Part shown: one piece after another, positions 56,531 through 64,000 of the stretch
How positions within the stretch are numbered: the stretch's first letter is position 1
Layout: every line of letters starts with the position of its first letter
The notes under the pieces: generated by a model
The model's input: the letters and a program-made list of their open reading frames with translations, nothing else
What the model was told of the DNA's origin: nothing
Databases searched by the model: none
DNA from: a virus
Length of the DNA stretch: 64,000 bases
Strand: one strand, 5' to 3'
IMG/VR virus record: IMGVR_UViG_3300032315_000748
Position numbers and translations under genes: made by a program

Positions 56531-57496
56531 ATGAATGTTGCTCTGATTGGTCCTGGCATTATGCCCATTCCTCCTGATGGATGGGGCGCAGTTGAAAGTT
56601 TAATTTGGGATTATGCTCTTGAGCTTGATAAGTTGGGACATACTGGTACGATTATTAATACTCCAAACTGGAATGAGATTTTAAATTACTTAAAGCAAGA
56701 TAAGTATGATTTTGCTCATCTTCATTACGATGTCTTTCACGAGATATTAGATCTCATTCCAGACATTCCTAAAATTGCTTTAAGTAGTCATTATCCATAT
56801 ATTGATCAATCTTATATGCATCGTAGAGATGGATATGATAAAACTTTTGATTTTATTATCAAAAACAAAAAGTATTATATCTTCTGTATCTCCAAAAAAG
56901 ATTATCAAACTTTCAAAAATGCCGGTGCCGATGAAAGCAAATTGCTTCTTTCTGAAAATGGTGCAAATCACGAGACCTTTACTTATTCCAAAGAACCAAC
57001 AAAAGCAAATCGCTCATTATACCTAGGGCAGATTTATCATCGCAAAAAGCAGTGGTTGTATCAATCTATTAATTGTATTGATTTTGTTGGAAAGGATAGC
57101 AAATCTACTCCATTTGATACCTCAATCAATTATCTTGGAGAATGGACAGATGAATATAAAAAAGAACATTTGACCGATTATGGGAATCTTGTACTTCTTT
57201 CTGATGGAGAAAATGGAACACCACTAGTTGTAAAAGAAGCACTGATTAATGGTCTTGGTGTTGTGATTTCCAAATATGCAGCACACGATGTAGATACTTC
57301 TCTTCCTTTTATTACTTTAATTGATGACGATAAACTAGAAGATATTGACTATGTAAAGAATAAAATTGAAGAAAATCGTCAAGCATCTTTACCTATTCGT
57401 GATGAAATTCGTGATTATGCTATGGAAAATTTCTCTTGGGAAAAACTTGTCAAACTTTATATTCAAAATATTGAAAAGATGGAGACCATTCAATGA
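56531..57496 (+). CDS. GT4-like glycosyltransferase
   Basis: PIPPDGWGAVE, E...PLVVKEAL..GL, FSWEK; start re-called at ATG 56531. Confidence 0.82.
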   Translation: MNVALIGPGIMPIPPDGWGAVESLIWDYALELDKLGHTGTIINTPNWNEILNYLKQDKYDFAHLHYDVFHEILDLIPDIPKIALSSHYPYIDQSYMHRRDGYDKTFDFIIKNKKYYIFCISKKDYQTFKNAGADESKLLLSENGANHETFTYSKEPTKANRSLYLGQIYHRKKQWLYQSINCIDFVGKDSKSTPFDTSINYLGEWTDEYKKEHLTDYGNLVLLSDGENGTPLVVKEALINGLGVVISKYAAHDVDTSLPFITLIDDDKLEDIDYVKNKIEENRQASLPIRDEIRDYAMENFSWEKLVKLYIQNIEKMETIQ

Positions 57497-58446
57497 AAAT
57501 TTGCATCATTGGTCCTGGGTTTTCTCAAATTCCACCAGTTGGTTGGGGTGCTGTTGAAATTGTAATTTGGGATACAGCAAATACGTTGAAAGAATTAGGA
57601 CATCAAGTAGATATTATTAATACTACTGATCCTCAACAAATTCTTTCAACGATTAATCAAATTAATCCTGATTTTGTCCATGTTCATTATGATGATTATG
57701 TCTTCTTATATCCATATATTCAATTTCCAAAAGCAATTACAACGCATTATGGATATCTAGAAAGACCAGAAATGTATGGTGCTTATTCACATAAAGCAAA
57801 TGGATTTGCAAATATCAAACCAAATATTTTTGCTTTGTCTGATGGCATTAAAAGCATCTATCAAAATCAAATGAGAATTGCAGAACAGAACTTATATACT
57901 GTTCCAAATGGTGTGATTAATGACAATTTTAGATTTACTAATGTGCCAGAATTTCCAAATAGATCAATTTATCTAGCAAAGGTAGATTACCGAAAGAGAC
58001 AGTGTTTATTTCAATCAATACCTTCAATTTATTATGCTGGCAATATTGTAGATGAAAGATTTGATAGAAATAAAAATTATCTTGGGGAATGGTCAAAGGA
58101 ATATTTGTATAATAATTTAACTGATTATGCGAATCTTATTTTGCTCTCTGATGGTGAAGCACATCCACTTGTTTGTATGGAAGCACTCTCTGCTGGATTG
58201 GGTCTTGTGATTTCTGAATGGGCAACTGCTAATTTGGATTTAAATAAAGATTTCATTACTGTTATTCCCGAAAGTAAAATTATAGATTTGGAATATGTGT
58301 CTTTAAAAATTGAAGAAAATAGAACAATATCTTTACAAAAAAGAAATGAAATAGTAGAATATTCAAAAGAATTTGCTTGGAAAAAACAAATTAAAAACTA
58401 TTATATTCCTGCCGTAAAACAAGTTATACAAAAATCTAATGGATAA
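57493..58446 (+). CDS. GT4-like glycosyltransferase (paralogue of upstream gene)
   Basis: IPPVGWGAVE, LSDGEAHPLVCMEAL..GL. Confidence 0.82.
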   Translation: MKICIIGPGFSQIPPVGWGAVEIVIWDTANTLKELGHQVDIINTTDPQQILSTINQINPDFVHVHYDDYVFLYPYIQFPKAITTHYGYLERPEMYGAYSHKANGFANIKPNIFALSDGIKSIYQNQMRIAEQNLYTVPNGVINDNFRFTNVPEFPNRSIYLAKVDYRKRQCLFQSIPSIYYAGNIVDERFDRNKNYLGEWSKEYLYNNLTDYANLILLSDGEAHPLVCMEALSAGLGLVISEWATANLDLNKDFITVIPESKIIDLEYVSLKIEENRTISLQKRNEIVEYSKEFAWKKQIKNYYIPAVKQVIQKSNG

Positions 58447-59236
58447 AAACAAATCTACCTACAAACTTCAAGGAATTGGTCCAATTTATTACATTAATCT
58501 TGATGGGCAACCAGAAAGAAAACAATATGTAGAAGATCAATTTGAGTATTGGGAAATTGAAAATTATACTAGAATTTCTGCTTATGATGGTCGTAATGAT
58601 GATTTAAGTGATGTTATATCCGGGCGTTATCCGGATAATATGACTTCTGGTGAGATTGGGTGTGTTACCTCCCACCTTAAAGCAATCAGGCATTGGTACG
58701 AAACAACAGATAGTCCATATGCAATTATTATGGAAGATGATGTTGATCTGCAACTTGTGAAGAATTGGGATTTTTCCTGGAAAGATTTTTATTCATTAGT
58801 TCCTTATGATTGGGATGTAGTTCAACTTGCTATTATTTGTACTGGACCTCTTCATGTGAAACTTCATAAAAGATTTGTAAATGATTTTTCAACTGCTGCT
58901 TATATGATTAATCGGCATCACGCAGAAAAACTTTTAAAGTTTCATATTCGTGGCGATAAGTATAAGCTTGATAATGGATGCAAACCAAGAGCGGTTGCAG
59001 ATGATCTAGTTTATAATTCTGGAAATACTTATAGTATTCCTTTACTTCTTTATAAAATTCAATTGGGTTCTTCTATTCACCCAGAGCACGTTGATATTTT
59101 TCACAAATCAAGTCACGATGGTCTTTTGGAATTTTGGCAACAGAAGGGGGCAGGGTTGAATATTCGGGAACTGATGGATTATGATCCTTATCTCGGCAGA
59201 ATTACAGAAAATGCCCCAGAACAAAGTAACACTTGA
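58439..59236 (+). CDS. GT25 family glycosyltransferase
   Basis: YINLD...R, RISAYDG, GEIGCVTSH, IMEDD. Confidence 0.88.
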   Translation: MDKNKSTYKLQGIGPIYYINLDGQPERKQYVEDQFEYWEIENYTRISAYDGRNDDLSDVISGRYPDNMTSGEIGCVTSHLKAIRHWYETTDSPYAIIMEDDVDLQLVKNWDFSWKDFYSLVPYDWDVVQLAIICTGPLHVKLHKRFVNDFSTAAYMINRHHAEKLLKFHIRGDKYKLDNGCKPRAVADDLVYNSGNTYSIPLLLYKIQLGSSIHPEHVDIFHKSSHDGLLEFWQQKGAGLNIRELMDYDPYLGRITENAPEQSNT

Positions 59237-59261
59237 CAAGTCTTAACATTTCCTATATAAT
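59233..59261 (+). promoter_or_regulatory. Consensus sigma70 promoter for hli
   Basis: TTGACA-17 nt-TATAAT. Confidence 0.85.
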
Positions 59262-59288
59262 TTTGTAGTAAAACTTCATAAAACGAAA

Positions 59289-59498
59289 ATGACTGTAACA
59301 ACCAATGAGCGTGGACAAAATAATATGTGGGCACTTGAGCCAAAAGTTTATATTTCTGATGAAGATGCAATCAAATATGGAATTAAAACTTATGCCGAAC
59401 GTGCTGAATCCGCAAATGGACGTTGGGCAATGCTTGGATTTGTTGCAGCAATTGTATCTTATGCAACTACTGGACACCTCTTTTTTGGGGTGCTATGA
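59289..59498 (+). CDS. hli: High-light-inducible protein
   Basis: AESANGRWAMLGF chlorophyll-binding motif. Confidence 0.92.
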   Translation: MTVTTNERGQNNMWALEPKVYISDEDAIKYGIKTYAERAESANGRWAMLGFVAAIVSYATTGHLFFGVL

Positions 59499-59584
59499 TG
59501 AGTGAAGCAATCTTTACCATCACAAGCATTGCCTTCTTTGTGCTTCTTGCACATTCTATCAATCAACTTTCAGAAACTTACTAA
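59495..59584 (+). CDS. Small hydrophobic peptide (29 aa)
   Basis: MMSEAIFTITSIAFFVLLAHSINQLSETY; coupled between the two hli genes. Confidence 0.55.
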   Translation: MMSEAIFTITSIAFFVLLAHSINQLSETY

Positions 59585-59595
59585 GGAGAACTAAA

Positions 59596-59715
59596 ATGAA
59601 ATTCGGATGGACCCCTGAAGCAGAGACTCTTAATGGTCGCCTCGCTATGCTTGGTTTCGTAATCGCAGTCGGAACCTATCTCACCACCGGGCAAATTGTG
59701 CCTGGAGTATGGTGA
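59596..59715 (+). CDS. hli: High-light-inducible protein (39 aa, not in ORF track)
   Basis: MKFGWTPEAETLNGRLAMLGF...TGQIVPGVW; AGGAG RBS. Confidence 0.93.
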   Translation: MKFGWTPEAETLNGRLAMLGFVIAVGTYLTTGQIVPGVW

Positions 59716-59754
59716 GACCCTAACACAAGTAAGCAATTATGCTTATCCTTTGCT

Positions 59755-59787
59755 ATCCTCACTCTAAATACGAGTGAGGATTTTTTT
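59755..59787 (+). terminator. Hairpin/terminator with late-promoter-like CTAAATA in the loop
   Basis: ATCCTCACTC-taaatac-GAGTGAGGAT plus T run. Confidence 0.75.
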
Positions 59788-59793
59788 ATTTAA

Positions 59794-59871
59794 ATGATCT
59801 ATCATATTTTGGAAATTTATTTTTTGATTATGTTTTTATTTTTAGTGATGAGAGCGGCAACTTATAAGTAG
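59794..59871 (+). CDS. Putative 25-aa hydrophobic peptide
   Basis: MIYHILEIYFLIMFLFLVMRAATYK; GAGGA RBS lies in the hairpin 3' arm. Confidence 0.35.
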   Translation: MIYHILEIYFLIMFLFLVMRAATYK

Positions 59872-59922
59872 CATTTGTATTGCGATGGAATAAATATTCT
59901 ATAATGTAGAGAATATTGTTGG

Positions 59923-62472
59923 ATGAAATTTGATAAAATAAAAAAATATTCTAAAAAATCATCCAAGCATATTGATGAAAAGTTGCAATTTTTGAATTCT
60001 AAATTGCAACAAACCAATATGCTTTCTGAAATTCCAGCCAACAATACTTCGGGAATTTATGTAGTAGAACCAGAATATATTAGAACTGATATTGGGGAAC
60101 CTGAAGTTCCAGTTGATTTAACACTAAATGGATCAAGTGGAAGAGATACTAGTGGTATCTTTGATTATGGAATTTCTTTGATGCAAGATCCGCCAGGGGA
60201 TGCAAGTTATTTTCTTGGCCCAATAGTTTCCATTTATGATTCTGATACAAATTCTACACAGATTGGATATGTCCGTGAATCTGATAGACATATGGTTAAT
60301 CTGGGAAGAGTTGCTGGAACTTTAGATGCTTGGGATGGTTCTAGTGGATTTACCAGTTATGGACAACTTACTGCTGAACAAGTCTCTTGGTATAGAACAC
60401 AATATTCATCAAATAAAGTAGCAGATTATCCGGTATTTTATACAGGTCTTTCTAGAACTCAAAACAATTTATTACAAACTTTTGATAACTTTGGAAGAGT
60501 TGTAGCACAAATTCTAAATCTTCCGAAAGCATCATACGAAATTCCAAATAGCAAACAATTCTCTTCTCCTGTTCCTCCTGGTGGTTTAAATTGGTATGCA
60601 CTTCCGGGCCCTCCGTCAAACTTCAATGTCTTCTATTATGATACAAATAATCCTCAACAATTGACTGATTATTTAATTCAAAGGGGGCAACAAAATAATA
60701 TGGGATCATATCTTAATGGTGGTAATGGTCCTGGGTCTGCCATTAATGAACCTGCAAGTAGTGTTCAAGTCAATCGCCTTACAGGAGATGATTCTGGTTA
60801 TGTTGAAGTAAGGATTAATGGTAAATTGAGTCTTCGTTGGTTGAACATCTATAATGCTAGTGATCCAATGTCCGATTGGATTGTAGGTATTACCAATTTG
60901 TTGAATCTAAATGCACAACCAATGACAGTACAGGGAATAAGAAAGGTTACTACTACTAGAGTTCCTCCAGTAGTAGGACCATTTGATAAGAATTTGGCTC
61001 CTGGTTCTGCACTTCCAAAAAACCAACAAAAGGGTGGATTAATTAATAGTCTTCTGAATGCAATTGGTCAAGTTACTAAAACTGCCGGAAATTTTATGAA
61101 AGGTTTGGAAGATAAGATAAATGCCTATTTGAAATCTGCAGGGTCTCCTGCCGCAACATATTTGTCTTATGTGGCTGCTCAATTGGATTTAATTGATCCT
61201 ACTCCCGATAAACCTTTTCGCGTTCCATTTACACAACAAGATGCTCAACAATATTCAAATGCTATTAATGATGCATTGAATAAATTGAATATTGATGATC
61301 CATCCAAAATGACTCAAAGTGATTATAATAAATTAAATAAATTAATCACCACTTCTACTTCTAAAAGTGAAGTTAGTGGATCCTCAATGGGTCAAAGTGC
61401 TTATCAAACTTTTTACAATTTAAGTGAGAAAGGAAGTAAAATAACAAAAAATCCAGATGGTAGTATTACAGTAACTGATACTTACCAATTTGATGGTCCT
61501 ACTGATGTTGCTGGGGGAAATGTTCCTGGTGTAAAGGAATTATTAATATTGGCAGGACAGCATAGAATGAATACTCTTACACCAGCAGAAAGAAAAAATG
61601 ATATTCAATGGAGTTCCCAGGAAACAGGTGATCCTAGATATTATGTAAATGATGTAAGTTTAAAACCAATCTATATTACTGCAACTTTACCTCCTCCATC
61701 ATCTACTAAATCAACTCTCAAACAATCTACTGAATATTCAAGAAGACTTCAAATTCTCAAAGAAGTCAAAAAACCTTATGTTCTTCCAGAACAAAAGAAA
61801 GTAAAGATAACTAGAAGACCAAGAGTGATTGGATCTTCTATGATGAAAGATCCTAAAATTGAACAACCTTTTAAACAAAGAGAAGAAAACATTTGGGGAC
61901 GAAAAGAATATCAACAAAATGTAAGACTATCACAAGGAAGAATGAATGAAGTATTAGATAGAGTTGGAACTGGAGATCATTTCTGGGAATGGATGACTGA
62001 AAGAAATCATCAAAAGGGAAAGGATATTGCTTATAATAATTTCAACGTCAATACTGACAAAGTAAAAGGAAAAGTAGTTCATAAAGAAGAAATTCGTGGT
62101 GATAAAATATTGATTGTTGAAGATCCTGAAACTCATAAAAAAAGCAATATACTTCAATCTGAATTGAATGAATTGTTAGAAAAACAATTTGGTCATATTG
62201 CCGAAGAACCAAAAGAAGATGATTATACTGATAGTCTTTATAGAAAGTCACTAAAGAAACTTGGATATAATTTTAAGTATGATGACAAACCATCTTCAAG
62301 TGGTTATCCAAATAATCCACCGCCAGAAATGGTAAATGGTTGGCATCCAGAATACGGAAAGAGAGATGCAATGTATAATAGGATGGACCCTAAAAGTGCT
62401 GAAGTTATGCAAAGAGTGAAGAAACTGGAAAAGGTAAAATCAATAGTAAAGAAATCCAAAGAAACCTCTTGA
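59923..62472 (+). CDS. Large hypothetical protein (late, probably virion-associated)
   Basis: 849-aa ORF; AATAAATA upstream; C-terminal GYPNNPPPEMVNGWHPEYG. Confidence 0.7.
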   Translation: MKFDKIKKYSKKSSKHIDEKLQFLNSKLQQTNMLSEIPANNTSGIYVVEPEYIRTDIGEPEVPVDLTLNGSSGRDTSGIFDYGISLMQDPPGDASYFLGPIVSIYDSDTNSTQIGYVRESDRHMVNLGRVAGTLDAWDGSSGFTSYGQLTAEQVSWYRTQYSSNKVADYPVFYTGLSRTQNNLLQTFDNFGRVVAQILNLPKASYEIPNSKQFSSPVPPGGLNWYALPGPPSNFNVFYYDTNNPQQLTDYLIQRGQQNNMGSYLNGGNGPGSAINEPASSVQVNRLTGDDSGYVEVRINGKLSLRWLNIYNASDPMSDWIVGITNLLNLNAQPMTVQGIRKVTTTRVPPVVGPFDKNLAPGSALPKNQQKGGLINSLLNAIGQVTKTAGNFMKGLEDKINAYLKSAGSPAATYLSYVAAQLDLIDPTPDKPFRVPFTQQDAQQYSNAINDALNKLNIDDPSKMTQSDYNKLNKLITTSTSKSEVSGSSMGQSAYQTFYNLSEKGSKITKNPDGSITVTDTYQFDGPTDVAGGNVPGVKELLILAGQHRMNTLTPAERKNDIQWSSQETGDPRYYVNDVSLKPIYITATLPPPSSTKSTLKQSTEYSRRLQILKEVKKPYVLPEQKKVKITRRPRVIGSSMMKDPKIEQPFKQREENIWGRKEYQQNVRLSQGRMNEVLDRVGTGDHFWEWMTERNHQKGKDIAYNNFNVNTDKVKGKVVHKEEIRGDKILIVEDPETHKKSNILQSELNELLEKQFGHIAEEPKEDDYTDSLYRKSLKKLGYNFKYDDKPSSSGYPNNPPPEMVNGWHPEYGKRDAMYNRMDPKSAEVMQRVKKLEKVKSIVKKSKETS

Positions 62473-62497
62473 CAAGGCCCAGGGTCCATGCTATGAT
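62469..62497 (+). promoter_or_regulatory. Sigma70 promoter overlapping a late box (copy 1)
   Basis: TTGACA-17 nt-TATGAT, then ATAAATA. Confidence 0.75.
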
Positions 62498-62504
62498 AAA
62501 TAAA

Positions 62505-62625
62505 TAAGTCAGGAAACGAAGACGAATCTTTACGTTCCGTAACCTTCTGCAACCGAGATCATCAGAAGTAAAGCATCTCTCGTACCTATACTGGAGGGTG
62601 GTGTAGGAATACTGTACTTGTTCAG
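62505..62625 (+). ncRNA. PhotoRC-II-like structured leader, copy 1
   Basis: AACCGAGA..TCTCTC, GAGGGT-loop hairpin; direct repeat of 63868-63990. Confidence 0.6.
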
Positions 62626-62655
62626 CATAAATAAGATATAAATGAAATTTATAAA

Positions 62656-63816
62656 ATGTCTCTATCCACCAATACTGTTTATAGACTTTTTGTAGAAAAA
62701 CTTGGTGGTTCTAATCCAACTACCTTTGTGGGGGATGAAGGTGAAGTATTTTATAATCCAAATGATGGTGTTCTAAAAATATCAGATGGTTCTACTCCAA
62801 CTGGAATAGTTATGAACCCAATAATGCCAGTTGGTTTTTTTACACCACCAGATAATCACTGGTATGTAAATCCAAATAGAACTGATACATACACTTCAAC
62901 TGGTTCTGTTGCCGCTCCTTATAAAACTGTTGGTGCAGCATTAAGTGCAATTCAAAATGCTCTACAAACTGGAATTGTATCTTTTACTGATAATGGAGAT
63001 AGTATTGCAAATCCACAATTTGTTATTCTTCAAAGTTCTACAACAGAGAATATAGGACTTACAACAGGACACATTTATATTCAAGGAGATACTACAAGTG
63101 GTTCTCAAATGCCCATATGGATTTATGGAACAGTCACCATCAATCCAACAGTAGGAAGTTTATATCAAAACCGATTTGGTATTTCTAATCTTGGTATTGT
63201 AAATACTGGAAGTAATCCTGGTATTGGGACAACACACTCATTAATAGTTACTGGTTCAGCACCTCTTCGTTGTTATCTAAATGATTGTAATATCATTGCA
63301 GGTTCTACAGGAAACCAGGCAATTTTTATGGATAATAGTGGAACTGGAACTCAATTATATGCAGAAGTTCAACAATTATCCAGAGCAGGTACATCAGGAA
63401 CTGATTATGTTGTAAAAGTCAGTAAAGGATATGCATTTTTTAGTAACTGCTCAACTGGTGGTTCAACTGCTACATTTAATGTAAGTGGAACAGGAACTCT
63501 ACAAATCCAGTATAGTAAAATTGACAGTGCTGGAGAAGCATGTGTAAAAGTTGATGGTGGAACTGCCATAGTTACTAGCACATCTCTAACAAATACTGTA
63601 GGACATGGAGTATCAATGACTGCTGGTACTCTTGTAACAATCAATAATTACTTTGATATACCTTTATCTCCTGCCAGTAACAGAGCAATTGCTGGTGTCT
63701 CTGGAGTTACTGTTCTTCATTCCAATACAGTAGTTGCTTATGGAAAAAATGCAAAGTATAGCACTGCAATTGGTGCTGGATATATTGGATTAGTAACTGC
63801 ATTAACTGCAACATAA
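62656..63816 (+). CDS. Fibre/spike-like virion protein (beta-helix candidate)
   Basis: N-terminal FVGDEGEVFYNP...LKISDGSTP, GSVAAPYKT motif, G/T/S/N-rich; CATAAATA upstream. Confidence 0.6.
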   Translation: MSLSTNTVYRLFVEKLGGSNPTTFVGDEGEVFYNPNDGVLKISDGSTPTGIVMNPIMPVGFFTPPDNHWYVNPNRTDTYTSTGSVAAPYKTVGAALSAIQNALQTGIVSFTDNGDSIANPQFVILQSSTTENIGLTTGHIYIQGDTTSGSQMPIWIYGTVTINPTVGSLYQNRFGISNLGIVNTGSNPGIGTTHSLIVTGSAPLRCYLNDCNIIAGSTGNQAIFMDNSGTGTQLYAEVQQLSRAGTSGTDYVVKVSKGYAFFSNCSTGGSTATFNVSGTGTLQIQYSKIDSAGEACVKVDGGTAIVTSTSLTNTVGHGVSMTAGTLVTINNYFDIPLSPASNRAIAGVSGVTVLHSNTVVAYGKNAKYSTAIGAGYIGLVTALTAT

Positions 63817-63834
63817 TTTATTTGAGGAAGGGGG

Positions 63835-63863
63835 TTGACAGCAGGTTCTGATGGTGTTATGAT
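63835..63863 (+). promoter_or_regulatory. Sigma70 promoter overlapping a late box (copy 2)
   Basis: TTGACA-17 nt-TATGAT, then ATAAATA. Confidence 0.75.
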
Positions 63864-63867
63864 AAAT

Positions 63868-64000
63868 AAGTCAGGAAACGAAGACAAAACTTTACGTTTC
63901 TTAACCTTCTGCAACCGAGACCATCAGAAGTAAAGTGTCTCTCATATCCGTACTGGAGGGTGGTATGGAAATAACTGTAACATTCAGTTCCCCCTGAATT
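63868..64000 (+). ncRNA. PhotoRC-II-like structured leader, copy 2 (probable psbA 5' UTR)
   Basis: AACCGAGAC..GTCTCTCATATCC..GAGGGTG..GGAAATA resembles cyanophage psbA leaders; the downstream gene is outside the window. Confidence 0.65.

Noticed and set aside
62656-63816. Diversity-generating retroelement target, suggested by the Mtd-like N-terminus and flanking repeats
   Set aside because: No reverse transcriptase is present; the repeats are non-coding and their differences are not adenine-specific
1-64000. Genome-wide stop-codon reassignment
   Set aside because: Core genes are intact in code 11 and end in TGA, TAA or TAG at the expected places; no suppressor tRNA was found

Overview
This window is a 64-kb segment of an AT-rich T4-like cyanophage (cyanomyovirus; a freshwater Synechococcus/Cyanobium host is likely but only inferred). 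It starts inside the major capsid gene gp23 and runs through the T4 core replication/recombination block (gp3, uvsY, uvsW, gp55, gp47, gp46, gp45, gp44, gp62, regA, gp43, uvsX, gp41, gp61, nrdA, nrdB). Accessory genes inside that block include denV-like, dam, hsp20, an HNH endonuclease, a 2OG-Fe(II) oxygenase and mazG. Further on are late virion/internal proteins, a lysis/envelope region, a host-like porin, dps, two canonical tRNAs, a 13-gene nucleotide-sugar/glycosyltransferase island, two hli genes, and what looks like a psbA leader at the right edge. The most interesting unexplained signals are: (1) several proteins carrying T4-type capsid-targeting N-termini or Glu-punctuated modules with embedded enzyme domains, suggesting protease-processed, injected cargo; (2) a non-canonical tRNA-like RNA (UAU anticodon, 4-nt D-loop, long variable arm) with its own promoter; (3) two near-identical promoter+leader elements 34 kb apart in opposite orientation, one firing antisense towards uvsW (origin-like); (4) a duplicated pseudoknotted PhotoRC-II-like leader with compensatory changes flanking an inserted gene; (5) a stranded gp17 5' fragment marking a translocated cassette; (6) late promoters buried in RBS-sequestering hairpins. 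All product calls come from motif recognition and gene order, not from database searches.
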